NCBI RefSeq assembly: GCF_006345805.1 | Contig: NC_043001.1 | Location: forward strand, 62,372,001-62,436,000 | Direction: 5' to 3' | DNA length: 64,000 bases | Source of the DNA: Octopus sinensis | Lineage: Eukaryota | Shown here: one piece after another, positions 12,726 to 25,175 of the stretch | How positions within the stretch are numbered: position 1 is the first letter of the stretch | Layout: each line of letters opens with the position of its first letter | Notes under the pieces: model-generated | Told to the model about the DNA's origin: nothing | What the model saw: only the letters and a program-made list of their open reading frames with translations | Databases searched by the model: none | Position numbers and translations under genes: made by a program

Positions 12726-13888
12726 TGTAAAAGCCGGACTAGATTATTTTATGCGCAACTCCATTGTCTCCCGAGACAAAAAGGATGCCAACACATACAT
12801 GTACTATACCTTCGTCTTGTTGGGGTGGACCTGACGCACAGTTACTCCTCGTCGAAACCGACCTTTCCGTTTTTTTTTCTTTCACCAGATTCCTATTATT
12901 TCGATGACAGAGATTCCAAATATGCAAAAACCAATTTTTAATTCCCCTTTCCCCACCCTCACCCCGCCCAATTTTTAATTTATAACTTTTTTCGAAATTC
13001 GTCTTTTCAATCTATGTGGGAAAATACGGAGATTAAAGATATGGGGGGTGGGGAACAAATTTTAATTTCAAATTTTTTATGAAAAACTCCAAAATTGATC
13101 AACACCCCCTCCCACCCCATCTCACTGTCTAACAGTGAAAATGAACGGCTGTTTTGTCCGTTTCCGCATGCGTAGATTTATAATGAAACAGCAAAATGAA
13201 CACGGCATGTGAAGCCCTCACCACGAAACTCGATACGCTAAAAATAACAGCTAAATGTCTGGAGAATTTTTGTGTTTAAATGAACAGAGAAAGAGGTACT
13301 CTTTGGAGATTCCCGTTCAAACTCGAATTGGGTTTAATCTTTGTGTGTAAGTGGGGGGGAGAGAATAAAAGTTTTCTCTCTACAAAGAAACGATTTAAAA
13401 TAAATATAGACTACGACTTCAGAAAAAGTATTTTTAGCATAAACTACATACACTATAAATGTTAACATATTAATTCACATTGTATCAACTAGTAAATATA
13501 TATTTAATAATGAACCATGTAATCCACACTTTCGAAAACGTATTTCTGTAAAATGTTAGTGGGGTGGAATTTCCGAGGGTTCCACCCTACCCCACCCCCG
13601 TTTTCCAGACCCCAAAAAGGGTTTTGTGCCATATTAAGAGGTCACCGTAATTCATTCAGCGAAAAAAAAATTCCAATGATTCAGGGATGGGAGGTGATCC
13701 AGTTTCCCACACATACCCCTTTTTTGCGGCACATTAGAAGGTCAGGATATTTGATTCCACTCAAAATATCCGAGTTTTGTTTTTTGTTTTTTTTTGTTTT
13801 TTTTAGTAAAACTCGTGCGTGTGCATTTCCCAAAATTTACCAAAAATTTTTATTTAATTTCTTTTCACACCACCCGTTTTTGGCGTGA

Positions 13889-13980
13889 TCCTAACCCTAA
13901 CGCTAAACGTAACCTTAACCTTAACCCTAGACCTAACTCTAACCCTAAACCTAACCCTAATCCCAGCCCTAACCCTAAAC
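13889..13980 (+). repeat. Degenerate (CCCTAA)n interstitial telomere-like array
   Basis: About 15 imperfect CCTAAC/CCCTAA units. Confidence 0.8.
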
Positions 13981-14264
13981 GCCGAAAACAGGTAGCGGAG
14001 GCGTATTCTTTACCTTCCATTCCAATTTCCTGAAATTCTCAAATTTTGAAGGGAAATTTTGGACAAACTAAATAATGGAGTGATTTGGGACAAACTATAA
14101 AAGTGATCATAAATAGGATATTATTTGGATAAACTTTAAAAAAGGAGTGGCGTGTAATTAATTAGAAACAAATAAAATTAGGGTATTCATCGGATAAATA
14201 AAATGGAGTAATTTGGGACAAACTAAAAAAGAAGATAATAAGGTGGTGAGACGAAGAATAAAAG

Positions 14265-14684
14265 GATCTTTTCGGTTTGAACGGCAGTTTTTTAAAATAA
14301 TTTCCACGTAACTAAACACTTTTAAACTTCGTACACTGGTAGAATGTGTTTATAAAGCATCTTTTTCTCTTGGCTTTATTGAGAAAATTGTATGGTTTGT
14401 AAGATATTTGTTGTTTTTTCTTCAATTTCTGCAATTTCAACCAATCAATGACGTCTATTGGGGTGAAAAACATTCTGTGCCGTATGAATATGTCCCTCGT
14501 TTAAGAAACAGATTGGGTTTATTTATATTTCTGAAGAAAAAAATATACCCTTCCCCCCACCCTTAACCCTAACCCTAACCCTAAAACAGACTGAAATGCA
14601 ATAGATCGATACTAGGGTCATAATTATGGGTGACAATTTCATATGACACCGCTAGAAAAAACTGCCGTTCAAACCGAAAAGATC
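14265..14684 (+). mobile_element. MITE with 29-bp TIRs and 9-bp TSD
   Basis: TIR GATCTTTTCGGTTTGAACGGCAGTTTTTT at both ends; AGAATAAAA at 14255-14263 and 14685-14693; internal CCCTAA repeats. Confidence 0.85.
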
Positions 14685-15014
14685 AGAATAAAATGTTTAC
14701 AATGTTAGAAGTGTTGGCTCGAATTTGTGTTCTACAAAATCGCTGTTTTAGTTTATCCCAAATTACCCCCTTGAAATTTGAAAATTTCAGTAGTGGGTGG
14801 ATAAAAAATTTTAAATCAAGAATTTTTTTTTTTTTTGCTTTATCATGCGAGATATCGTGTAGAACACAAATTGGCTATCTTTCGTTTTGACTCGAATTTT
14901 ATCAACAAATTACTCAGTAATTTCCGTGAGCACGTGTTGTCTTGTCAACTGTCAGTTGACGTATCAAAGTGGAAAGAGAAAGCTAATGGGTTATATGTGC
15001 ATGCGTGCTTGTTC

Positions 15015-15042
15015 CTCTGTGTATGTGTGTGTGTGCTTGTTC

Positions 15043-15077
<35 letters not shown>

Positions 15078-15122
15078 TGTGTGTCTGTGTGTGTCTGTGT
15101 GTGTGTGTGTGTGTGTGTGCTT
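15015..15122. repeat. (TG)n microsatellite
   Basis: Interrupted TG dinucleotide run. Confidence 0.95.
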
Positions 15123-15599
15123 GTTCTGTTTTTATGTATTTATGTGTTGTGGAATGTAGATATAACAGAATTACGCCAACAATGTCGCATTTTAAACTTG
15201 AAGACAAAAAGCCTTGCATATTTGTTCTTACCTGTTTTGTGTGTATATGTAAAATTTGTAAATTTCGAAGCAGAAAACGAGAATGCCGAAAACGACGTAT
15301 CAGTTATAGTAGTCCATGTGGGTTTTTTTTTAACCACTAAAAAGCCGAAATATTGCAACATGCATGGAGAAAAGGAAGAAATATAAATTAACACTTACTA
15401 TTGATGAAAGGAAATGCGGAGGAAAGAACTATAATGACATTGAATTTTTATTAATTTTAAAACTAAATTAAAGAAGATCTGCGGGACTATACAACACATT
15501 TTATGAAATTCATAAAAAAAAACATTTTTGAAGTTGTTAATTAAACAGTATAATACAGTCTAATGCATTTTATGAAATTCATAAAATCGTTATTTTTGT

Positions 15600-16430
15600 T
15601 GTATCGTCGCCAACTGAACTCCAAGAGATAAGTAGAAAATAGTGCATCTGATGTGCCATGCGTGTTGCGATATTTCTTCTTTACGTGGCTCCTCAACCCC
15701 TACACCATGTTCGTGTAGATCGTAGGGTCATTGGGGTCGACAAAATGGGCACTGTGGTTCACTGTGGAATGATTCAGCAAAGCATTATATACCTGCCAGC
15801 AATCAGTCGCAATTTTAGTTCCTGGTAGCTCATGTTCATTGGTTATTGGCAGAAATGTAGCAGCACTTCTATCCAAGACAGGAACTAACGCACATCTTAA
15901 AGTACCACACTCTACCATTCCAAGTACCCACTATGGTAATTACGGTGCATGAACTTTGACTCGTCTATCTCTACGATGACATCCTGTCCCCTAGGTTGGA
16001 CAGGATTGTCTATGCACCACATGGCACAAATGTCCTGGAAGTAATTATACCAGTTGACAATCGCTTCCGATGTGACCCCAACTTCTTTCATTACCATAGA
16101 CTGCTTAGAATCCATTTCGGTTCAACTATATATTAAAGTAAGAAGTCATGTCATCGATAGACGGGCACCCGAAAATAAAAATAGAATTTTCTCTTAAACT
16201 CTGATGTCACCCACAAGTCGGTCATCTCCACATCTTTCCTTCAAACACTCTTTTCTTCAGTGTCAGGAACATCCAGTCATTGCAGCACTCAGAAGAATTT
16301 TTTATTAGCCCTACAGACGCAAGGAATTCGATAGTCAATGTCATGCTATTTGCTATGCCTTGACTCTCACTAAGAATATAGTTTCTTTGTGTCAAGATAT
16401 GAATAAAAATGACTGAATTAACTGACATCG
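15600..16430 (-). pseudogene. Merlin / IS1595(ISXO2)-family DDE transposase relic
   Basis: VEIDESKF, DRSAAT.LP, PGTKIATDCW..Y, HSTVNHS..FVDP...TN motifs across ORFs 15912-16115 and 15700-15918; Cys-rich N-terminal piece at 16222-16428. Confidence 0.85.
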
Positions 16431-18301
16431 ACCTTCCATTCTGAAATCTAATGCAGGCGTGTAGGGGCTGTTCCTAGAATTTAAAAAGAAAGAAAGGCTG
16501 GAAACTGCTGTTTATATAAGCAGAGGGTGGCTCAGCATATACTTTTTTCCTTGTGTTGGGAAGTTGAAACTAACCAATAACTCGAACTAATTTGGCAAAC
16601 TACTAAGTCATGTGACTTGATGCTAAAGAAAAGAACTTGGTCGGTTCTGGTGACCCAAAATTTTCTGAAAATGACAAAAACTAAAAAAAATACTCGATTT
16701 GTCTTCCAAATGATCGCTTTTTTAGTTTTCCCAAATTACTCCATTATCCTCATTTTAAATTTGTCCTAATTTATACCATTTTGTTTAATGTGCTGGTATA
16801 GCTTAGTTAAGCTATACATAAAAATAATCTGGAACAAAAGTGTGTCAGTATATTGCTTATTTTGTTTCATTCAGTTACATTTTGTGAGGGCGGGAATTGT
16901 CAGAATTCTCCTGGCTAACCGGAAGTCCCTTCTCTGTGACCAGCTCACTAGCTAGCCTGCAGTGAAGTTCATATCTACAGTTCGTCTGTTATCAGCCCAT
17001 TGGCAGTGCCCTACCTATAACCCCCCCCCCACGAACTGGCATTTGAACGGGGAATGTCTTTTAACCACTCTGCCCGTGTATGGTTACTCTGCACTTTAGT
17101 GACTGTTTGTTGTCAGGGGTTGATGTGATTTGCAGAGGGCGACCTTTCTTTGGTGGTTGAGCTACTTGAATGGGGAAGTCAGTATCAAGATAGGCCGGTT
17201 TCAATTGGTGTCTTGTCCACCAATCAGGAGTTGAAATGATTTGTCTCCTGGATGTAATACTTCATATGGGCCGTCATAGGGTGACTGAGGGGTTTTTTGT
17301 CATGCATTGCGACGAACAAACACAAACTTAGCCTTGTGGAAGTCATTTGGTACGAATGACTTAGGTGTCCTATGTGTTGACAAGGGAACAGGTTGTTAAC
17401 TGGCCCACACTGTCTCTCGATTGCATAGGATATCTTTTGACATCTGAGTCTGACTTTGTACACCATTCCCATGGAAGAAATGTTGAGATTTCCTTTGGGA
17501 CGGTGTGGATTCCCAACATCACCCATGGAAGTTGGTCAATCCAGTTAGGCCCATTAAGTTTGGTTGCAAATTAATTCCTTCAAGCAGCAGTGAAATCTCT
17601 CCACTAATCCATTAGCCTGGGAATGGTAGGCTGTTGTGCATTTCATTGTGTTGCCAAAAGGCACATACATGTCATTCCATAGCTTCGAGATGAATTGAGG
17701 TCTACGATCGGATGAGATGCTGTCTGGGACACCAAAACAGGCGACCCAGTTTGTGATGAAGACGTGACTGATTTCTGCTGTTTCCGTGCTGCAGAGAGAG
17801 ATAGCCTCAGGTCAATAAGTGAAGCAGTCCACCAAGGTTAGTAAGTATGAGCAACCTTGCAAAGGTGATAGGGAACCAATGAGGTCAGTGTTGACATGGC
17901 TGAAACAAGCTTGTGGGGGTTCATAGCTGCCAAGAGGTGCTTTGGTGTACCGATGGATTTTGGCTTGTTGACAGGGGATACAGGTTTTGGGCCACTCCCC
18001 AATTTGCTTGGCCATACTGTACCAGATGAATTAACGTGATATCAGGTACTGTGCGTTTCTGATGCCCAGGTGGGAGAGCCCATGGATGACATCAAAAGCT
18101 TTATAGCACCAGGCTAATTGGACAATTGATCATCACAAAGTAGGATTGTTCCATTGGAACCGAAGTGCACATCCTGTAAGGAAAGGGAGGTGATGGCAGT
18201 GTAGTAGGCCCTGATCTTATCATCTGTCTGTCGAGCTGCAGCCATAGCCTCATAATTAACACCTTCTGTTATTGTAGCTATCTAGGTGTCAGAGAATTAG
18301 C

Positions 18302-18785
18302 GAGAGATTTCACCGCTCCTTGAAGGAATCCCTAACAACCAAACTTAATGGACCTAACTGGATTGATCAACTTCCATGCTGATGCTGGGAATCCATACTG
18401 TCCCTGTGGTGTCGGTGGAGAGGACAACAGATAAAGGAGGGTGGAAGTAGGGCTTGCAGGGGCCCGGTGGAAGACTGGAGGGCGCATGTGCGCGGGGAAG
18501 CGGAAGCGGTCAAGCGGGACGCACGTGTGGCGATCGAGGAAGCGGGCAGTTCGAGCATAGACGAGGAAGCGACAGGACGTGTTGACTTTGTAAGAGACCT
18601 GATCTTCGCCGAGGTAAGACCTGTTTGTATTTCTTCTCCTTCTCCTTCTGTTGTCCTCTTCATCCATCCCAAAGGAAACCTCAACACTTCTTCCGTGAGA
18701 ATGGTGTACGGTATCGGGAGAGTTTCTTCCACACACAAAGTCAGACTCAGATTTCAAAAGATTGAGAGAGTGTGTAAGCAACGGG
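18302..18785 (+). mobile_element. Inverted integrase-core fragment inserted in the minus-strand Gypsy element
   Basis: Plus strand reads ERFHRSLKESLTTKLNGPNWIDQLP and matches the reverse complement of 17420-17610. Confidence 0.8.
18405..18666. mobile_element. GC-rich 262-bp solo LTR candidate
   Basis: TGTGG...TCCA ends flanked by a TCCC duplication (18401-18404 and 18667-18670). Confidence 0.75.
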
Positions 18786-20301
18786 TTGCTCTTTCCAGTT
18801 ATGTGTTGAATATCTGTAGTGTGTTCAGAAATGGCTGATAACTGTCACTGCTGACATGCAGACCATGGCTCTGACAGCTTGCTCATAGTGAAAGAGTGGT
18901 TTGTGGTCTGTGAACACTGAAAATGCAACCTTCAAAAAAAAAAAGCAGACACTTAGATGGATGGCTAGTACCTTCTTGTCAAAAGCGCGGTATTTCTGCT
19001 CAAGTGTTGACTGAAGAAGGTGAGAAATTGCCAATAACCGTTGATGTATTGTTCCAAAATGCCTCCAGTGACTGTGTCAGAGGCATCAACTACGAGTGCA
19101 GTCCATGCTGACATATGAAAATGGGAGGGCTTTTGTGGATTTGAAGGCTGAGTTCGTTGCACTATCCCACTCCACCTGTCTTTTTGAACTCTCTTTTGAC
19201 AGTGCCTTGCTCTTGCTGCAAAGGGGATGAAATGATGATAAAAGTTTACCATACCCACAAATTGGTGCAGAGCCTTGTTTAAGATGAAGCATAGAAAGGA
19301 TAGGATAACTTTCGTTTTTTTCTGGCAGGAGTGTAGCACCAGCACCTGTGATTCGATGTCCCAGGAAGTTGATTTTCTTAACACCAAAGACACAATTGGT
19401 GGGGTTGATTACCAAACCATATTGTTCGAGTCTATCAAAAAGAGTCACTAGGTGATTCTTGTGGAGCTCAGGATTGCAATAAGGATGTCATCTAGGTATG
19501 CAAGGACAAAATCGAGATCCAGGCACACACTGTCCATCAAGGACTGTGCAGCATTTTTTAGGCCAAAGGGTGTACATAGAATTTTGTACAGGAGTGATCA
19601 CAGCAGTTTTAGGTACATCATTGCCTCATGCCAGTATTTGGTGGTAACCTTAGATGAGTGTTATGAGGGAATTGGATCAAGAGTCCAATCATGTTGTGTG
19701 TAATATATTTCAGACGACTAATCTTGTATGTGCCTTGGGGCCTCCTTTTTTCCATAAATTGATGCAACAAATAATTTACGAGTCAGACAGGTGAGAACTT
19801 TCGTGGAGACGAGTTTGCAGATCCTGCTGCTTTCAGAGGAGAATTAATTTATAACAGCCCATGCAACCTTCAAGAAAACTGAGCACCCACTAGCTGGCCT
19901 GAGAAGTCCTGTTTGTGCAGAATGGGTTAGGATGTCTAGCACCTTTGTTGCTGTGTCTCATCCAGTGCCACTGTTACATAAGAATACTTTGTTTGGTCTG
20001 AGGTGATCTTCCGTATATTGAATTGTGCTTCAACCTGTACGAAACATACCTCAGCCCACTTCGGTCAGAATTGTGGGAGCTTCAGTGCGGTGGTATGTTT
20101 GCTTGCCATGTTTGCGTTTTCTACTTCGGGGTCACCAGTTATAGCTTAGTTAAACTATACATAAAAATAATCCAGAAGAAGAGTGTGGGATCTTTTCACT
20201 TTCATCAGCAGATCGAGAAATTAATTTTTTGTAACTAAACACTTTCAAACTTCGGACACTGGTTGAATGTGTCATATAAAACATCTTTTACTCATAGCGT
20301 T

Positions 20302-20545
20302 TACTCTCTTTTTTCTCTCTTTTATTCTCTTTTACATATTTCAGTCATTTGACTGTGGCCATGCTGAAGCAACGCCTTTAGTCAAGCAAATCGATCTCAG
20401 GACTTATTCTTTGTAAGCTTAGTACTTATTCTATCGGTCTCTTTTGCCAAACCACTAAATTACAGGGACGTAAACACACCAGCATCGATTGTCAAGCGAT
20501 GTTGCGGGGACAAACACAGACACACAAACATATACACACACACAC

Positions 20546-20642
<97 letters not shown>

Positions 20643-20645
20643 TAT
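20302..20645 (-). mobile_element. Abundant octopus-type SINE, 3' part with (TA)n tract; continues at 25120-25207
   Basis: Matches the reverse complement of 31035-31265; its continuation GATGGGCTTCTTTCAGTTTC...AATCCAC follows the TA run at 25120-25207. Confidence 0.85.
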
Positions 20646-20982
20646 AAAATGAGATAGGGGTTGTAAATTCAACCCTCCATGGGATAACATATATCCAATA
20701 TACTGCTAGAGAGGTACCCAACAAGACTAATACATAAATGTTAAAAATTGCGGTGCAATTAATTCATTTACTGTATTATGTGGGCATGGGTAAAATTATT
20801 ACCGTAAATTAATAATACAAAATGAGAAAATGGAGAAACATACTTAAATCAATCAATCATCAACCATCAGATAATACCCAATCAATACTTTATTACACCA
20901 TTACATAACAGCAATAACATTATACATAATATATTGCAAATATAACTAGACATGGAAATAGAAATATAAAATACAATTACAT

Positions 20983-21100
20983 CATATCTGACAGCTGTTT
21001 CGGCCGTGAAGACAAGTATGTCTCATTTAACCCATTAGCCATATAAAGCAGGTATAAATGAGACATTAACAAGGATGTCACACGGCCTCTTCAGAGAATT
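20983..21100 (-). ncRNA. Type I hammerhead ribozyme (PLE pseudo-LTR, left arm)
   Basis: UCU CUGAAGA GGCCGUG...CACGGCC GAAA CAGCUG UC^AGA; palindromic stem III ACAGCUGU. Confidence 0.8.
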
Positions 21101-21401
21101 TAATATAAGTGTGAAAAAAATTTACATATAAATATAAAAATATAAAATAGAAAAATGTGTGCATAGACACTCATAATTCTACACATATATATATACACAT
21201 TAATATAATAATACAATATAAACAAAATATATCAGTATACATTAACAAACACAGTTATTTTCCATATTGGACTCCTAGTTCCATAACTAACATCAAGGAA
21301 ATACATGTACACTCACATTTAAATTTAAAGCAGACATATATATATAAAACAATCCAGTTCATTAAAATGTATAAATATACAAAAAGTCAATAAAAATTAA
21401 T

Positions 21402-21452
<51 letters not shown>

Positions 21453-23586
21453 TAATAATAATAATAACAACCATGATTGTACCATGTAAAGCAAGCGGAC
21501 ATCTTCATCTGTCCGCTTGATATTGATTTTCCTAGATAGATTCGATTGGCTTATAGTTTTAAATTTGAATCACAATGGAAATTTTACGGTTAGTTAGTCA
21601 AGAAACGCACATATGCACACGCACATCCACAGATCCAACGCACATACATACATAATTATATGTATACACACACACATACACCCATACACATACACACATA
21701 CATAGCCACATACACAGCCAAATCATAAATAAATAATATAAGAGGTATAATCGTAACTATACACATGGAAAAACAGAGAAACCCAACCGATTGCACATAC
21801 ATGCATGCAGACATCAAGCCCCCCCCCCCAAAACGACAACAAGGCCGTGGTATTAACTAAGTAGATCCACTCACATATTTCCATAAAACATTAATTGCAA
21901 AGATACATACAATTATATCAAGACATAGAATGTAATTTTTCATAAGGTACATAATTCATATGACACCGTATTTTTCGTAGCCATAGTATTTTATAACTAA
22001 AAGTCTGCTAACCTAACCGCTATATGCTATATTCAAACATACGCTAAATTATAAAGTATAGATTAAACATTTCCGTTTGACTATCAAAAGACATAGAATT
22101 ATACATATACTAAGTTAACATCGGTTTATAATAATTAAATTATAAGAGATTAATGGTAAGAAGTCAAAATACGCTAATATTCTTGGATATATAAACAAAA
22201 TAACTCCTTATAGCATAAATAGATATCATCTCTACGTAATAAATCCAATGTTATTATAATACTAATATATATCTATCAAAACCCTTACCAACGAACTAAT
22301 AGAATTACACTCACATCTACATGCCCATATGTATACTCATGTGTAGCAACAGACATACACATACACACCATATATTTTCACATGTGATGTGCGTGTAAAC
22401 ATTCATAGTACTTATATATAAATATACTTTTAAGCATCAGTGGACACATAAATACAAATGTAATAATTAACCGGATTTGGCATTAAATAATATCAGTGGA
22501 GGACTTACCAATAAAATAGTATATAAGTAAATAACAAAAATTAAATTAATTATAAGTTAATAATTGTAATTACTTAATATTAAAATGTAATAAAATAAAA
22601 TAAGATGAAATAATTAAAATTAAAATGAGAATATAAGTACAAGCTAGTATACATGTATCTATATTTTATTATAATAAATAATGGATATGTATGTATATAT
22701 CTACATATAAATAAATAAATGAATAAATAAATAGATAAATACCATAGAAAACAAATTAAGATAAATACAAAGGTACACCTAATATATAGTAATGCTAATA
22801 TGTATATATCCACATATGCATAAAAGAATATATAGATAAATAAATAACATAAAATAAAATGAAGATATATATTGAAAAAAGTACATATATAAACTTAGTA
22901 TACAGGCTACTATTATGTAAACATTTACCTATAGATAATGAATAAATAAATAAATAAATAGATAAATAACTTAATGTACAAATCAAGATGAGTACAAATA
23001 TAGACTAAATATATAAGACTGCTAATATGTATAAAGCCAAATGAATAGGTTTATTAATAAATAGCATAAATACAAATTTAGATGAGTACAAAGATACACT
23101 AAATATACAATATAAATACCTGCCAAATAAATACCTGCAAAAACCCATATACTCATCCAAAACAAACAAAATCCAATATTGACTCTCATTTATTACATAT
23201 TAGTATTACAGTATCTAAAACCAGGTATCTAACTATGATACTCATACACACTCTGCAATTTTGGAAAACTCCAAGAATATCATATTACTGTGTATATACC
23301 AAAATGTATAAATTCTTTCTTGCCGCAGTGTATTTCCCTTATAAACCAGGACAAAAAACCAAAAACAAAAAACAATTAATACAGGACATATATATTTATA
23401 TACATGTGTAGCTACAAAATTATATAAAATTATAAATTTATAAGTTGCATGTTTTAAAATTGTAGAAGACTACTAGTATAATTAGATACAGAGGAGAATT
23501 AAAATATTACTAGTAGAAAAGCTAAGTTCTATTTAAATCTAGAGAAAGTGTACGGTAGTTTATGAATGCAAAAAAATTTTTTTCAT

Positions 23587-23919
23587 TTATATTATTAATA
23601 ATAGGCCTACCCGCTTTGATAATGAAAAAAATTTCATTAATACATAGAGAGCATTTTTTATTTTTCCATTATACACAGGTGCAGAAGTTAGTATTTTCCA
23701 ATTTAATTTAAAATCTAAGTTCTTACTTTTGAGTTCCCAAATATACGCACTTAACCCCGTAGAGTACATCCTATTTTTATTTCTAAAAGTATATCTATGA
23801 TAATAAAGTCTCTGTTTCATGCTATTCATAGTTGCTCCGATGTATACCCTACTACTAAATTGTGTATCCACAGTGCATTGATAAACTACCTCTTTCTTGA
23901 GGCATTGATTACCAAACAC
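23587..23919 (-). pseudogene. GIY-YIG endonuclease domain of a Penelope-like element
   Basis: CLKKEVVYQCTV...YIGATMNSMKQRLYYHRYTF...TGLSAYIWELK. Confidence 0.85.
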
Positions 23920-24871
23920 ACATTTCTGTTTCTGAAATTACAGTTATCAACAGGTTGGGGTAATCTAACATTGGCCAACATTCCTGTAACACCATTCCCA
24001 TTAGTAGTGTTACGATTATTTTTACTATCCAATCCCAAATTCAACGAATGATTTGATTTATCATTATTGGCGATATTCCTATCAATAGTAATAGTATTGG
24101 TGATAGTGGTATTATCAATTACATTAATATATGTGAGTGGATCTACTTAGTTAATACCACGGCCTTGTTGTCGTTTGGGGGGGGGCTTGATGTCTGCATG
24201 CATGTATGTGCAATCGGTTGAGTTTCTCTGTTTTTCCATGTGTATAGTTACGATTATACCTCTTATATTATTTATTTATTTATTTATTTATGATTTGGCT
24301 GTGTATGTGGCTATGTATGTGTGTATGTGTATGGGTGTATGTGTGTGTGTATACATATAATTATGTATGTATGTGCGTTGGATCTGTGGATGTGCGTGTG
24401 CGTATGTGCGTTTCTTGACTAACTAACCGTAAAATTTCCATTGTGATTCAAATTTAAAACTATAAACCAATCGAATCTATCTAGGAAAATCAATATCAAG
24501 CGGACAGATGAATTAGACTTATTGATATGTAGATGTCCGCTTGCTTTACATGGTACAATCATGGTTGTTATTATTATTATTATTATTAATATTAATATTA
24601 ATATTAATTTTTATTGACTTTTTGTATATTTATACATTTTAATGAACTGGATTGTTTTATATATATATGTCTGCTTTAAATTTAAATGTGAGTGTACATG
24701 TATTTCCTTGAACTAGGAGTCCAATATGGAAAATAACTGTTTGTTAATGTATACTGATATATTTTGTTTATATTGTATTATTGTATTAATGTGTAGAATT
24801 ATGAGTGTCTATGCACACATTTTTCTATTTTATATTTTTATATTTATATGTAAATTTTTTCACACTTATTA

Positions 24872-24990
24872 AATTCGCTGAAGAGGCCGTGTGACATCCT
24901 TGTTAATGTCTCATTTATACCTGCTTTATATGGCTAATGGGTTAAATGAGACATACTTGTCTTCACGGCCGAAACAGCTGTCAGATATGA
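24872..24990 (+). ncRNA. Type I hammerhead ribozyme (PLE pseudo-LTR, right arm)
   Basis: CTGAAGA 24878-24884; stem II GGCCGTG/CACGGCC (24885-24891 and 24964-24970); GAAA 24971-24974; GTC ending 24982; first stem I pair mismatched (G24877). Confidence 0.75.
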
Positions 24991-25127
24991 TGTAATTGTA
25001 TTTTATATTTCTATTTCCATGTCTAGTTATATTTGCAATATATTATGTATAATGTTATTGCTGTTATGTAATGGTGTAATAAAGTATTGATTGGGTATTA
25101 TCTGATGGTTCCTCCATTTTCTCATTT

Positions 25128-25175
<48 letters not shown>

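Larger units (their letters stand above)
10181..12802 (+). mobile_element. RTE (BovB-like) LINE insertion with inverted 5' segment and 12-bp TSD
   Basis: TSD ACACATACATGT at 10181-10192 and 12791-12802; endonuclease half on minus (to ~11243); RT and 3' end on plus (from ~11245). Confidence 0.9.
16797..20190 (-). mobile_element. Older CsRn1-lineage Gypsy element, internally deleted, 5' LTR truncated
   Basis: 3' LTR 16797-17019; G10 PPT 17021-17030; integrase 17400-18050; RH/RT 18790-19650; gag start LKLPQF...VEAQF near 19950-20090; tRNA-Trp PBS 20126-20137; 5' LTR remnant 20140-20190. Confidence 0.85.
20646..25119 (-). mobile_element. 5'-truncated Penelope-like element with ~1-kb inverted pseudo-LTR, inserted in (TA)n
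   Basis: Arms 20818-21880 and 24129-25119 are inverted copies; GIY-YIG endonuclease at 23587-23919; HHR in each arm. Confidence 0.85.

Noticed and set aside
14835-15394. Cys/Val- or His/Thr-rich ORFs
   Set aside because: Translations of a (TG)n microsatellite; the same applies to the ORFs at 20455-20724 and 25087-25344.
18332-18838. GC-rich overlapping ORFs as a host gene or captured exon
   Set aside because: Explained by a solo LTR inside an inverted integrase fragment.
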